From Neodothiora populina (taxonomy: Eukaryota): a stretch of DNA of 64,000 bases. The notes under the pieces were generated by a model. It ran no database searches and was not told the origin of the DNA. It saw only the letters and a program-made list of their open reading frames with translations. Made by a program: the position numbers and the translations under genes. The stretch's first letter is position 1. The number at the start of each line of letters is the position of its first letter. Positions 47,301-57,789 of the stretch are shown one piece after another. The DNA is taken from assembly GCF_041146345.1 (NCBI RefSeq), contig NW_027191414.1:186001-250000 (forward strand), given 5' to 3'.

Positions 47301-50300
47301 TTAGGCTCTTCACCAAGCTCTTCGATGTCCTTGCTGATAGCTTCAACACGGACATGCGAGTATTGTCCCGAGACTTGATAAAAGTGATAGAGAGCGCGAA
47401 GCTGTGTGCTTAACGTTGAGTGAGCAGATCGGAACATGTCACGTTCCAGGAGGGGTCGAAGAGCAGGGTCGAACGCGCGGGTAGGGATGTAAAGGGTCAG
47501 CGCGCCCATAGCAAACGACAGCCATGCCCGAGCTGCATCAGCAAGTGTTCCAGAGGCATTGCTGAGGTATTTTATGGGCTCAGAAAGTAGCTGTCTGGTA
47601 CGAACCTCGTAGATAGAGGTATCCTTGGCTCTGCCGGCAAATGTCGGTGATTGTGCGTTTCGTCCATCTGTGGTTGCGTGCAGGGCCCAGCTCGCCCAGT
47701 CGCTTAGAATTTCACTATCGCATCCTACCTGCAACGCTTGTGCCAGATCTCCTACGAGCTGTCTGAGCACTGATTGCAAGCTCGTGATGCGATCGCCATC
47801 CAGATGTTGCGAGTTGCCCGCCACCAATTGTCCCAGGACCTCGACTTCGGTCTTCAAGAGCTGAAGACAACTGAGAGGTACCTCACCAGCCTTCTTGACA
47901 CCCGAAAGAATACTGGTATGTAGATCCTCGGCGATTGCTAATGGCTTGTTAGATGATCCATAGAAGCCAATGAAGTAGCCCAATTTCTGCAGCACAGGTA
48001 CTGATCCTGTCTTGAGATTCTTTGTAGGCTGCAAAGCCAGCAAACTAGCCTTTTCCAATTGCAGCTGCAGGCTCGGACTGAAGTCGCTAGGGCTGGCGAT
48101 ACTGAAAAGTTGACAGATACCATCGAGCTGAAGACCAAAGTGAGAGACAAAGGACTTAGTCACTACAATGTCAAGTTCGTTTTGGGTTTCAGGGGCGGCC
48201 AGACCAATCATCGCTTCTTTAAGGCTAGATAAAAGGCTTGAAGCTTCTTCGGCACCCACGACAACTAGGTGAATGGTTCGAGTGAAGGCATCGCGCAGCT
48301 GCAATAGTTGAACGATAGGTGCTTCGAAACGCCAGGCAGCAGTGTCGAACACATCTGCCATTTTGCCAAGTTCTGCAAGTTGTAGGACTTGCTCGTAAGT
48401 CTTAGGTGTTTCGGGTCGAAGCGTCCGCCAAAGGGCAGTCATGGTATTAGCGTTCTGGAGTTCAGAGGCGCGCTGGAGAGATTGGATATCTTCGTTGAAT
48501 CGAGATTGGATGGTCAGGCCTAATGATCCATCTTCGGCAATTTCAGATCGTGAGGTTTGCGAAGCCAGGTCCAGTCGTTGCGCGATCTCCAGATACGAGG
48601 AGAAGGTTGCTTCGTCTACATACTGCTGGTCAACCAAGTGTAATAGGTTCCGCCAGAACCGGATATATGATTTGATGGTCTGGGCAACCGGTCTGGTGAG
48701 GGTAGTATTCTCATTCTCGAAAGCTTGGCGGATGAACTCTCGCAGGTTCACAACGAAGTTCTTCAAGAATGGATAGACGCCAGCTGTGAGTTCTTTGCCG
48801 GCGTTTACACTTTTACCAGGGTTGGCCGATCTCTGCAACTTTGTTTGTTCTCTTCTGGGCACAGATATCGATATCACGGCAGCTAGGATTGCTTCCATAC
48901 GAAGGATCTCAATCTCAATATCCTGACAAGTGGCGACAGTGGTGAGTAAGCTTGACTGAATTCCCTCTACAGTCAGCAGTAGAGGTACATTGTTTAGAGG
49001 ATTGACAGTCTGCAGTGACAGCAGATTGTCCGCCACGCCGTTTTGAGATAGATGCTGCATATTCTTGATCTGCATGAGACGGGTGAATGACTCCTGCAGG
49101 ACAGGCGCTGGCACATTGTACAGCTCCAGGGAGAGCTGAGACGCAAAAGACTGCAGTACCGAGAGATCGACATGCGCAAGATGATCAGCAATGATATCAG
49201 CTTGGAATCTGATTTCTTGCTCGCTAACATCTGGTGAAGTCTGAGCCAGGAGACCCGCGTTACGTAGCCTATGCATCCTTGACTCGGCACCAAGTATCAG
49301 TTGCGCTTTATCATGCTGCGGTGACTCTTCCTGCAGCATGAATAATTCCACTGCTCTATTTCTCAAGGCTCGCGAAAGCTCACCATACTTAGGGTCAACG
49401 GTAAAGAATATTCTGAAGCCTTCCGCTGGCTCAACGATTTTGGCTTGTCCATTGGCGTCAGTGTGCTCGTTGACAATGAGTTTCCCGCCTGGTTCGAGGA
49501 GAGAGTTCAAGCGATCCAGAACAGCAGGTGAACACAGATTAGCATTGTCCAAGACGAGCCATTTGCCTTGCTCAAGTGCTTGAACCAGTGTACCATCCAT
49601 CCACTCGAACTGTGCGCGATCGATCTGTACAGGCATCGAAGCTAATTTTTGAGCCTCTGCAAGGAGTGCTTCGGCCGGGGTAGGAAACTGGTGGACATTG
49701 GAACCCAGTAACTGAACGATCTGACTGAGAGCGTCTTGAACGAGTCCATCCGCAGACGCCATGACCTTTTTCGCGTCGTCAACCAGCTGCAGAAGCTGTT
49801 GAACCAAGGTTGACGATTTGGAAGTGGCATTTTGACCAAGTTGACTAATTATATGACTCTCGATGAACTTAGTGAATCGTTCAAGGAAGGCGTTTACAGC
49901 CCTCTTAGGCTCAGCCTGCTCATAGCCACCGACAAGATCCATCGAGTCTACGTCTGCGTTCATAGAAAAGGTAACCATATCGGCTCCCACAATGCCGGCG
50001 AGCTTTTCTAGCACAGCAGTCTTGCCGGACCCTGCTGGTCCGACCAACAGGATAGGCCAGCGTCTCTGTATGCCAATCATGACACTTTCGAGGATGGGAA
50101 GGAGAGGTTTGTAGTCCACCCCACGTGCCTGGATTTGACATTCATGTTGAGTTTGGAACGAGATCAATTCGTTCCGTTCGAGGAGCCCAAGGCCGACCTG
50201 TAAGGCTGCGGGCGAGATATTGTGGAACATGTTGTTCGGACCATTGGAGGTGCCGAGATATCCTTCGAACAGGTTCCGAACGAGCGCTCGATCTTTCGGA

Positions 50301-53300
50301 GACCTGAAACGCTGTGTGATGACTGTGGTGAGAAAGTCTCCCGCTTCTCTTCCACCCTGCAGAAGCCCGTCCTGGCTAGTGACGAGACCCAACCATCTGA
50401 GGGTATCACGCAAGTTGAACTCCCAAGGAGAACCCAACGCCCCTATCTGACGAGTCTGGGTCAAGGTGTCAAGACGATCGATGAATTCGATAGTAGGCTG
50501 CAAGGTATCGACAGCCAAGTCTGGGAAGGACTTCCGGCAGATCATTAACAGATCCTCTTTCTGGAAGACATCTGCGTACACAACGGTGAATCTGTTGACA
50601 AAACTGGCTGGTAAACCCTTTCGTCCACCGCCCTGGTGATGGGGATTCTGCGCGGCAAAAAGCCTGAATTCAGGATGTCGCTGGAATGTCTGGTCTAGCT
50701 CACTGATATAGACCTCACCTCTGTGGTCCAAGCAAGCGTTCAAGCCTTCGAGTACAGATTGACTAGCAAGATTCATCTCGTCGAGCAAGACCCACTCTCC
50801 GGCTTTCATCGCTCGCAGAAATGGGGCGTCTCTCCAGGCAAATGTTCCAGCCGAAGCACCTTCTACAGGAATATCGGAACCGAAGAGATCCATCAGATCA
50901 GTCTGCTCAGACAGATTGATCCTGGTCAGCGGCATACCGATAGCGGCTGCCAGTGCAGTGACAAGCGTTGTCTTTCCAACTCCAGGAGAACCTTCGAGTA
51001 GAACCGGCTTGGTGAGCTGCAGCGCACGTGCTACGCGAGTAGCGTTGGAGAGCGTCGTTGGGGCTTGGAAGGTGAAGCCTGCATCATTGGTAGCTTCAGA
51101 AACCACAGGCAAGGAGAAGGAACCAAGAGTGAGATATTGCGATGTGAGTTGGATCTCGATAGGAGCATTGTAAATGCTGCTGGCATCAACTTGCAGCAGG
51201 CGACTGAGCTCATCCAAGCATTGGGTACGCTCGTAGTGGACAGTGCCTGGATTGATAGCGAGTAATGCTGCAGGGTTGGCTCCCAAGGTATCGATATATA
51301 CCATGGCTGCACCATGGATGACAGAGAAGAGAAGACCATGTTCTTGCTGGCGGTTGATGAATTCGACCCAAGCAAGTGTGTCTCTTATCGAGATCGATGA
51401 CGCCGCAGATGTATTGAAACGCTTGTTGAACCAACGCGCGAAGTCGACAAGGACGCCAGCATGCTTTGCGGCTTCGCTCTTCAGTTTCGACTGAATGATC
51501 AAGTGGATGTCGTCCAAGTCAGATAGCGCGGGCACCCAGATCTCGGTAAATCTGTTTCTCAATGCAGGTGACAATTCCCTCTTTCCATAGTCTCCACCAG
51601 GATTCATTGTGGCAAAGAATTGGAATCCGGGCTGCGCAGTGACGAATGAGTCCAGAGATCCTTTCTCTGCGAGTAGAAGTGAGCGGGAGGACTCGAGAAC
51701 ACTGTTCAGACGTTCCAGAACAGAGTCGTCTGCAAGCGAGATCTCATCGAGCAGGAAATATTGGCCAGTCTTCATAGCGTGGACAAGACTACCATCTGCC
51801 CATTCAAAGAGAGCCCTGAGTCTAGGTCTGGCTAGCTCGATCTGAGTCAGGAGTCCGGCAACTTGTACATCGGCTTGCGGGGTGGCTTTCTTGACCTTGT
51901 CGAGGACTTCCAGAGCCTCTTCAATACTACCATTGTTCAAGGTCTCGACGACCTCTGGGTACGGCAGTGCGGCAAGCATTTGACGAAGCTGCTGCTCGAT
52001 GCCAGCTCTATTTCTCAACGGACGCTGAGCACCAATAAGATCGCCTGTCTCGGTGTTCTGGTGCGCATTGACGATGCCCAGCTCTTTCTGAACAGCTTCA
52101 GCGAGCATTTGCACGACCGTTGTTTTACCACATCCAGTCTCGCCCACCAGTAAGACAGGCTCGTTGTTCTGAATTGCAGTGGCGACCAGTACATACAGTC
52201 TCCTCATTGCACTCGTCCAAACGACGCCACTTGTCTGAGCTTGTGCCAGGTAAGGTTGGATGAGCTTGGATTGTCCGCCATATAGCTTGCTCTCATCGAT
52301 AGTGATTCTGGGCGGCCCCAGAGTCTTCTCGATAATCTTTTTGACGACTTGGCGCTCCTCAGGTTTGCGTACCCGTTCGGCGAGCAGCATGAAACCGTGC
52401 ATTGCCAGCTCTTCCTGTGTAGTCGCGCCTCTCAATGCCCATCTGAACAAGTCTCGGAGAGTAGCAAAACTCTTCTGCTCAAACAGTCTTTCTTCTTGTC
52501 TCAGCACAGAGAGCTCGCGGTAGACCTTGACGATCTTCTTACACCAGCTGGGCGGCACTCCCGTCCTTTTCTCGAGAATGATGTTGAGTTCTTCCACAGG
52601 GATATCATCAAAGTGCAACTCGAGGAAACGGTTTCGGAACGCTCGTGAAAGAACCTTTCTGCCACCATATAACCCGGCAGGATTTTGCGTGGCGAACAAC
52701 ATGAAGTTCTCATGCGGTCTCACGACTTCCTGGGTCTCTGGAATCAACAGTTCCCTGTTGTCGTCGAGCAATCTGTTGAGAGCCTCTAGCACATCTGTAG
52801 GTGCCAAATTCAACTCGTCCAGCACAATCCAGTGACCTTCTCGGAGAGCTTTGACGAGCACACCTTCTTGGAATGTGAGACGTCCGTCACTTCCACTTAC
52901 GTAGGTTCCGAGATACTCTTGCAGATCAGTATGCTCGTGGTTGTTGATGCGCACAAAAGTATTTCCGGATCGTTTGGCAAGATATTCAATCATTGAAGTC
53001 TTACCTGCAGACGTTGGGCCTTGTATCAAAACAGGGAAACGACGAGTGAAGGATGCTCGGATGAGATTGTCTAGGTTGCGACGAACGAATGGAGTGACGA
53101 TGTAATGGGGCTGCTCTTCGACCGGAAGTGAGCCTTGTCTTAACCAGTAAGGGCCTTCCCAGACATAAGCATGTGAGTCTGAGGGTTTGGTGAAAGGCTT
53201 TTTCAGCATAGCCTCAACGCCTTTGACCTTGGAGAACAAGTAGGTATAGAACAGGGGAAGAATGCGAGCTTCGGATTCCTTGTCGAGAAGGGTGGAGAAT

Positions 53301-56185
53301 GACATCTGGATGCCTTCGTATAAGGCTCTACGTAAAGCGCAGAGAGGTGCGACGTCCTTTGCGTAGGTCAAAGCGCGCGTCAGAGTTCGCAGACTGAAAT
53401 GAGGCTTCTGGCCTGCACCATCGACAAGTAGATTCTGCTCATTCAGTTTCTGTATAGCTTGATGTAAGTGACACACATCTGCAGCAACAGTTCTGTCCAT
53501 ATCGCCATCTTTTCCAAGGTAGACCTGGACAATACTGAGCAGGCTCTGGAAGTCTCTGTCGGGGCTCTCGACGTATAACTCGGTGAATCGCGAGCGAATG
53601 CCAAGTGGTAGGTCTTTCTTGCCGACATCAGTTGCAGGGTTCATAGCAGCAAAGACTCTGAAGTTCGGGTGAGCTTTAATAACATCTACACTGCCGGCTT
53701 CACTCAGCATGATAGAAGGTGAGCTTGTGTCGAAGAGGTCTGCCAGTGCTTCGAGAGTGTCCGGGCTTGCAAGGTTTATTTCATCCAGCAAAACCCAGTC
53801 ACCATTCCTGACGGCTTTGACAATGTTACCCTCGACAAAGGCAAAGGCAAAGGCTTCCTGACCTCCAGCATTCAAACGATGCTCGAGGCTTTTGACACTT
53901 TGTGCAAACTTTTCCCATCTCTCCTTCACAGACGAAGACAACACTGACTCAACACGCCGTTTCTTGTTAGGTTGCCCTTCGGCCTGGCGAGCGGGTGATT
54001 GCGATTCGTTCTGCTGGGAAGTCTGGCGGTATTGCTCTACCATACCCAGAGCTGTAATCCAGAGCTTGCAGACACGGGTCCATTGGGATTTGGCCACACA
54101 CTTGTTAAGCATCTCCAAGAATTGCGCATTCTTTTTATAGGAAAAGGTAGCAGCGAAGAGGTCGTCAAACTCTTCCTTCATGGGCAATATGAGGGAGCGA
54201 GCACTGACAGGCTTGAAGCCTCCCAGTAAGTCACCACTTTCAGACTGTTGAGACAAATTGAAAGGCACAAGCTTCTTTCCCAACTGGTCTGCGAGATGCT
54301 GCACACTCGTCGTCTTTCCGGTGCCTGTCTCACCTACCAAGAGTAGGGGCTCGCGTTGAGCGATTGCAACGCCGACGCGGTCCATCAGACGTAGTGTATG
54401 CGCATTGGTCGAAAACGGTCTCTTGTTGGTGAGGCCGGTGATGCCCTTGCGCTGGCTGCGAGGGAACAGATTCCGGCCGATGCGGACACTCTGGGCTTCT
54501 GCCTTGTATGCGATGGTGCGGTCACTTAGCAGATGGCTTCGACGCTGAGGGTCGATCTGGAGATGCTGCGCAATGCAGGAGGTCAAGGCCGTGTATGCGT
54601 CACCTTCCGGAAGTGCACCAGCAAAGCAATCTACAGCATCGAGGAAGATCTGGTCTAAGTCACTCGTAGACAGAGTGGTCTTGTCGCCGAGCATGCTGGC
54701 TACTCTGGCACACCATTTAAGAAGATCGCGAGGATTCACAGCACGCATGACACCCGTTCTACTCTTACTTTCCAGATTCGAGACACGTTTGAGATGCTGC
54801 AGCTCCTGGAAGACTGTGACAAACTGTGCGGAGTACTCATGGAGCGATGGATATAGACCGACAATGATTGCCTTGAGTTCATCCGAAGGAGACATGTCGA
54901 CGTGGACGGTTTGCCAGTGCCTCGCACCCAGCAAATTGTAGGCTGGCCTGGTCCCGTGACCGCTTGCGCTGAGATTGGTGCGCATGGTTGCGATGATGCG
55001 GAAGCCACGAGCAGCATGGATGGTCTGCCCTCGGCTCGGGATTACGAGCTCCCTCCTCTCGATCAACGGTAGCAGGGTGCTGATGACATCGTTGGGTGCT
55101 CGATCGAGATCTTCAATGAAGACCCATCGTCCCTCCATCACAGCGGTGGTGAGAACACCGGGTTGCCACATGAAGGTGCCCGGGGTGCTACCAGTAGTGT
55201 ACATACCAATCAGCAACTTTGCATCACTCTGCTCGTTGAGGTGCAGCGTGACCATGGAATGCATTTTGTCAAGCTGACGCGCGGCATGTCGGACAAGGAG
55301 AGTCTTTCCAGAACCGGGTAGACCAGTCAGGAGCACAGGTCTGGGGGTTTTCAGCGTGTGAGCGAGTCTGTGTAGGTTTGCCAGCGTTGTTGGAGAGTCT
55401 ACTATGGTAGAAGCGGCGGGCTCTGCAGTACGAGCGAGACGTGGGAGCAATATGCCTGCAATGCAGGCGGTGGCCGGATGTAACAGATCTGCAGAGATCC
55501 TTTTGAGCTGGACAGAAGTGTCCATGGCCCCTGCCTTTGCGCGTTCGGCAGCGTCCATCTTCTCCATCAATTGCTTCGCCCGTTGCTCTTCCCACAGCGT
55601 GAGGAAACGATAATCAATGGTCTTGTCCTCCCATTGACCTTCCGTCGCTCTTTCGCCCACATGACACTCGAGCATGGCTTCGACAGCGGCATCGGCAGCA
55701 TTCAGACAGAGTGACAGCACCCGGACGGCCAGGTATCTGGCAGCACCGTTGGCGTGCTGCAGAAATGCTTGCACCACGTTGAATGGAACATATTTGGCAA
55801 ATGTTTGACGGTCGAAGGTCAGGATGCGGAACAAAGCCAACAGGTACTCCTCGGATCGAGTGTCCAGGTCAGCGGGAAGCTCCCGCGATTCGTGTTGTCT
55901 CTGCAAGAAAAGCTGGGCGAATTCGGCGACCAAAGGTGCAAAGGGCAGTAATCGTGCATAGGCAGCGAGAATGGAAATATAGTCGCTGGAGTCCGAGAAA
56001 GAGGCGCAACAGTGAGGGATGAGTGACTCGGCATGCGTGAGGATCGTGTCCGTATATCGCCTGTCTAATGCGGCGCGTGTGATGTGGTTCAATACTAAAT
56101 CATCGTCCTGAGTCTGCAAAACATCGAGCAATTCGGCAGGCAATTCTGCGTGTCGCAGTGCCTGGATTTCCCACGTGACATCCAT
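41363..56185 (-). CDS. MDN1: midasin (Rea1/Mdn1) AAA+ ATPase for 60S ribosome maturation, 4940 aa, no introns evident
   Basis: Six Walker A motifs (GLPGSGKT, GETGTGKT, GPTSAGKT, GETGCGKT, GSPGVGKT, GPAGSGKT), a long linker, a D/E-rich region and a C-terminal MIDAS domain (GDYRTGKRLNIKRIIPYIAS..DKIWMRR..DDSKSM..IISDG). Confidence 0.98.
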   Translation of the reverse strand: MDVTWEIQALRHAELPAELLDVLQTQDDDLVLNHITRAALDRRYTDTILTHAESLIPHCCASFSDSSDYISILAAYARLLPFAPLVAEFAQLFLQRQHESRELPADLDTRSEEYLLALFRILTFDRQTFAKYVPFNVVQAFLQHANGAARYLAVRVLSLCLNAADAAVEAMLECHVGERATEGQWEDKTIDYRFLTLWEEQRAKQLMEKMDAAERAKAGAMDTSVQLKRISADLLHPATACIAGILLPRLARTAEPAASTIVDSPTTLANLHRLAHTLKTPRPVLLTGLPGSGKTLLVRHAARQLDKMHSMVTLHLNEQSDAKLLIGMYTTGSTPGTFMWQPGVLTTAVMEGRWVFIEDLDRAPNDVISTLLPLIERRELVIPSRGQTIHAARGFRIIATMRTNLSASGHGTRPAYNLLGARHWQTVHVDMSPSDELKAIIVGLYPSLHEYSAQFVTVFQELQHLKRVSNLESKSRTGVMRAVNPRDLLKWCARVASMLGDKTTLSTSDLDQIFLDAVDCFAGALPEGDAYTALTSCIAQHLQIDPQRRSHLLSDRTIAYKAEAQSVRIGRNLFPRSQRKGITGLTNKRPFSTNAHTLRLMDRVGVAIAQREPLLLVGETGTGKTTSVQHLADQLGKKLVPFNLSQQSESGDLLGGFKPVSARSLILPMKEEFDDLFAATFSYKKNAQFLEMLNKCVAKSQWTRVCKLWITALGMVEQYRQTSQQNESQSPARQAEGQPNKKRRVESVLSSSVKERWEKFAQSVKSLEHRLNAGGQEAFAFAFVEGNIVKAVRNGDWVLLDEINLASPDTLEALADLFDTSSPSIMLSEAGSVDVIKAHPNFRVFAAMNPATDVGKKDLPLGIRSRFTELYVESPDRDFQSLLSIVQVYLGKDGDMDRTVAADVCHLHQAIQKLNEQNLLVDGAGQKPHFSLRTLTRALTYAKDVAPLCALRRALYEGIQMSFSTLLDKESEARILPLFYTYLFSKVKGVEAMLKKPFTKPSDSHAYVWEGPYWLRQGSLPVEEQPHYIVTPFVRRNLDNLIRASFTRRFPVLIQGPTSAGKTSMIEYLAKRSGNTFVRINNHEHTDLQEYLGTYVSGSDGRLTFQEGVLVKALREGHWIVLDELNLAPTDVLEALNRLLDDNRELLIPETQEVVRPHENFMLFATQNPAGLYGGRKVLSRAFRNRFLELHFDDIPVEELNIILEKRTGVPPSWCKKIVKVYRELSVLRQEERLFEQKSFATLRDLFRWALRGATTQEELAMHGFMLLAERVRKPEERQVVKKIIEKTLGPPRITIDESKLYGGQSKLIQPYLAQAQTSGVVWTSAMRRLYVLVATAIQNNEPVLLVGETGCGKTTVVQMLAEAVQKELGIVNAHQNTETGDLIGAQRPLRNRAGIEQQLRQMLAALPYPEVVETLNNGSIEEALEVLDKVKKATPQADVQVAGLLTQIELARPRLRALFEWADGSLVHAMKTGQYFLLDEISLADDSVLERLNSVLESSRSLLLAEKGSLDSFVTAQPGFQFFATMNPGGDYGKRELSPALRNRFTEIWVPALSDLDDIHLIIQSKLKSEAAKHAGVLVDFARWFNKRFNTSAASSISIRDTLAWVEFINRQQEHGLLFSVIHGAAMVYIDTLGANPAALLAINPGTVHYERTQCLDELSRLLQVDASSIYNAPIEIQLTSQYLTLGSFSLPVVSEATNDAGFTFQAPTTLSNATRVARALQLTKPVLLEGSPGVGKTTLVTALAAAIGMPLTRINLSEQTDLMDLFGSDIPVEGASAGTFAWRDAPFLRAMKAGEWVLLDEMNLASQSVLEGLNACLDHRGEVYISELDQTFQRHPEFRLFAAQNPHHQGGGRKGLPASFVNRFTVVYADVFQKEDLLMICRKSFPDLAVDTLQPTIEFIDRLDTLTQTRQIGALGSPWEFNLRDTLRWLGLVTSQDGLLQGGREAGDFLTTVITQRFRSPKDRALVRNLFEGYLGTSNGPNNMFHNISPAALQVGLGLLERNELISFQTQHECQIQARGVDYKPLLPILESVMIGIQRRWPILLVGPAGSGKTAVLEKLAGIVGADMVTFSMNADVDSMDLVGGYEQAEPKRAVNAFLERFTKFIESHIISQLGQNATSKSSTLVQQLLQLVDDAKKVMASADGLVQDALSQIVQLLGSNVHQFPTPAEALLAEAQKLASMPVQIDRAQFEWMDGTLVQALEQGKWLVLDNANLCSPAVLDRLNSLLEPGGKLIVNEHTDANGQAKIVEPAEGFRIFFTVDPKYGELSRALRNRAVELFMLQEESPQHDKAQLILGAESRMHRLRNAGLLAQTSPDVSEQEIRFQADIIADHLAHVDLSVLQSFASQLSLELYNVPAPVLQESFTRLMQIKNMQHLSQNGVADNLLSLQTVNPLNNVPLLLTVEGIQSSLLTTVATCQDIEIEILRMEAILAAVISISVPRREQTKLQRSANPGKSVNAGKELTAGVYPFLKNFVVNLREFIRQAFENENTTLTRPVAQTIKSYIRFWRNLLHLVDQQYVDEATFSSYLEIAQRLDLASQTSRSEIAEDGSLGLTIQSRFNEDIQSLQRASELQNANTMTALWRTLRPETPKTYEQVLQLAELGKMADVFDTAAWRFEAPIVQLLQLRDAFTRTIHLVVVGAEEASSLLSSLKEAMIGLAAPETQNELDIVVTKSFVSHFGLQLDGICQLFSIASPSDFSPSLQLQLEKASLLALQPTKNLKTGSVPVLQKLGYFIGFYGSSNKPLAIAEDLHTSILSGVKKAGEVPLSCLQLLKTEVEVLGQLVAGNSQHLDGDRITSLQSVLRQLVGDLAQALQVGCDSEILSDWASWALHATTDGRNAQSPTFAGRAKDTSIYEVRTRQLLSEPIKYLSNASGTLADAARAWLSFAMGALTLYIPTRAFDPALRPLLERDMFRSAHSTLSTQLRALYHFYQVSGQYSHVRVEAISKDIEELGEEPKIQEIARPQVSELANLQGEFTALLRALAPLTDNKKSGDLVENAKDEVLRQNVAMVKVRLSEGYKGYTDITGPVLGFLHALEIGFALAEAASTSAIDEKSVVVRKLTPLLSAKPELWQNENALIAVEQAKDSGVKIHALSSFATARGLLSNGRLSKSAWQTIDHVFDTFYQQWSVELQAGQQDTAQKKSLYRYRGDAELEDEIDEEEYRELFPEYDAENDKNGDHVKPSGRVQGLAPNLADAMHFIFKISGTKAEDLLSLMKKAANILSHTSKASRLDEAERSLTPLLMILLQEEAELLNGTSFTQRKYNIYTSPNLSEAEKTIALMKRIKARFSEIQAVWPEHATLGDVLRTSDEVLEFGHTEPVAKILTKVEKLHSYVHEWQVVASKEYTAAPLYDDLTNLLVSWRRLELSTWARMLDMEAEKCHEDAKNFFFLAYESIVVVPLQLGQTPAAMKLHVQELIKTLQGFFLSTGLGQFASRLAMIGDLARYVEQRSTVVPSLEIVHTALTNFIAYMKPYTPLVAEAVQKGRQGLEKNMKDIIQLASWKDTNIDALRQSAKSSHRRLFRVIRKFRDVLARPAEGIITAGLPDLPLAETATALGLRKIQAEIDDSAKSLCEENLPSWNERPARFRNLVATINVMHNKSSVADAAIDSASELHVFVSDTENLASQLRKATPTLLTEENKEMVKHLKSRKRKLFADVLKELRQMGFKSNLSSDVLARQDSLHAVLAAIPVLEGAEAEKHLYRLLHLMPKVRESSWEHSDDLTGAEVARSVALLESMLLVAIQQRNTLSSVSHDREILDNLIEQTVNLWSENAIEATTNTPAVNYTLVDAIMCLPSVIVAAAKIIKMHEQLSGIDCTDILFGFGRFESFWQTQKDKWISLPELPDGVTSSAHVKILEECKQTLNDPAFDLAPAMEKFPFLGATLKQVQLWSTVDTTDVGKKALTAGNEIQLAEFSQSVCEFVDTILGSVQDVEAPLSVLPQSTEDALWVVNEGRTLSTALKSLRLPHVTARLQTVLSQLQKLHSAQMKPATAVLHSYVPLLQQYQSITASLASRLNNLHTAISQTSVHLAKIFTTLAQSGFCTPSDKSAGQNDNQNEKLEGGTGLGEGEGGEDISKDIEDDEDLGELAQEKDDRTDKDDIEDEKDAVDMADQDMEGEMGDEPEKDDEEGEGSDNDDEEQDMEEEVGDVDDLGPSTVDEKMWDDGGKDAEKEQEGEEGQGQKDEENVGAGEDGEKKEKEEKGEDGDDEDEEMGAEEGEDHNAAPQDEIEKTDPHLQEEQNLDLPDDIDMDGQDEDEGDESGMEDMGDADMGEEEQKEFPETEGEIEEPAGAEEDAGSPDIPEDAPPELDAEKEETQDEEQMDKTQDAGEDADAEEEAPEDDEGLLQDDRRNDETNAAEDVAQSEAQGSGLDNMQPQDEQKQQNVGAAQQESGTEAAQPEQQQVAGAEGERGQAEQDQAAQGDEENEQQQDDGNKESEPFKKIGDALEKWYKQQRQIQDARAEKEERQEDQPDMDMADAEFEHLQDEADEADAQAMGAATEDQAKAIDEDAGIATNDQEKREDFMPEDDERDAAAEPYKPDNDVEMRDGDADEDVDEAQNPSASDAAQDIPSAFVGDPKSGDQDAERQDLTDEMDDEDRDVDEVDTALTSTHLSNDPTDTSSLMPLDAAREIYTAHETSTRTLSLLLAEHLRLILSPTTATKMRGDYRTGKRLNIKRIIPYIASSYKRDKIWMRRSVPSKRSYQIMLAIDDSKSMAEGGANELAFETMALVARALTILESGELSIVAFGDDVSTAHEFSSPFISEAGAEVIRKFSFEQTRTNVHRLIERSLEMFREARAAKQGGSATQELWQLQLIISDGVCEDHPSIRQLVRQAHAERIMIVFVIVDSASPASSVPTSGTTTPGGKPAATKSSSILDLQTATFSKNPETGELSVKTVKYLDSFPFGYYLVVRDVRELPGVLASALRGWFAEVVDSA

Positions 56186-56568
56186 GTTTCGGATGGAAAC
56201 GAGGGACCTGGATGATCAGTAGAGTCGCGCGACCGATTCGTGGTAAGTCATGGAGTATTCCAAGTGGTTAATCGCCACACACGCACTGGGTGGGCTTGTA
56301 TTATTTCATTTCGAGAATATTTCGTCCGAAAATCGAATATAATTTGCGGCAAGCGCAACGAGCATCTCGGAGGTTTCGACGCTTCGCCGCTGGCTTGGCA
56401 GAAATGTCTGTGCTTTGCGGACTTTGAGATTTTGGGAAGTTGCAGGAAGAGCAAGAGGAAGGTGCAGATGCGAATAATACTTCGGACTGCCCCCATCGAG
56501 TCTCTCTGTGCAAGCGCTGATTATATCACCGACACTGTCAATCCACCACAACATCAACCACCGCCACA

Positions 56569-57179
56569 ATGTCCATGTCCTGTCAACGCGCCGCCAGGCG
56601 ATTTGCCCGCTCCGCCCGAGTCTCTGTCCTTCGCCCTGCCACATGTCAATACCAGGTGTCGCGGAGATGGCAGTCCACCGAGGCTCCCGCAGCAGCTTCC
56701 ACCAGCCCAAAGATTGCCACCATTGTCGATCAGATCAGTCAATTGACTCTTCTTGAGACCGCCGACCTTGTCTCATCACTCAAGGTGAGATGCGCTTTGG
56801 CTCGCTAGTTGCTCGACAAAGTCATTGTAACTAACCGCTTTCACTCCCAAAGACCCGCCTCAACATCCCAGATCTCCCCGTCGGAGGCTTCGCTGCCCCG
56901 GCAGCCGGTCAAGCAGCAGCAGCGCCTGTCGAAGAGGAGGAGGCCGCACCCGCCGCAGCAGAAAAGACACTGTTCAATCTCAAGCTCATGTCATTCGACG
57001 CAGGCGCCAAGCCCAAGATTATCAAGGAGGTCAAGAGCATGCTCGGCCTTTCCCTCGTCGACAGCAAGAAGTTTGTCGAGAGCGCACCCAAGCTCATGAA
57101 GGAGGGTGTGCCGAAGGAGGAGTGCGAGAAGATCATCGAGACTCTCAAGGGCCTCGGTGGTGTTGTCGTCATGGAGTAA
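56569..57179 (+). CDS. MNP1: mitochondrial ribosomal protein bL12m (L7/L12) (intron 56785-56852)
   Basis: Arg/Ser-rich presequence, then PKIATIVDQISQLTLLETADLVSSLK/TRLNIPD..EKTLFNLKL..KPKIIKEVKSMLGLSLVDSKKFVESAP. Confidence 0.92.
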
Positions 57180-57789
57180 GATACTTCTTGCAAAGAGGAG
57201 ACACGAGCACTGGAAGGACAAGACGGGACGATGGGCCATATCAAAGCATCATCATTGGCGTTGCAAATGTATTTGTATTGGGATACGATGTACAAAAAAG
57301 ATTGAGGTACCCACCCTACCAAAAGAAGGACGACTACCAAGACAACGTGATTGACTACTGCTGTCTGGCCTTGTCATCACCACCGTCATAATGTGAATGC
57401 TACATCTTTGGCTCCTCCTCGGCAAAGGTGGTGGAAAAGAAAGCGTGAGAGAAGACTGAGAGCGTGTCTTTTCATACTTTCTTCTTTTGCTATGTGACCA
57501 ATACATCGCAACCAGCACATGAAGAACGACGCGGTAAATTCACAACATGAGATTAGATACTGCATCCGATTCTGACAACATTCCATCTATTTGTTCATCT
57601 CATGTGCATTAATACCTTATATGAAAGATATCCTGACCCGCCAAGAGTCGAATTCGCCTGCCCCCAATCCATCACCTCCGCGCTTGATCTCCGCTACCCG
57701 CGCTGTTGCAATGATATGATCTAATTAACACTCTACGAAGACAATCACCATGCGCCACTCGCAACTGCACATCAATCCATGAATGCCTC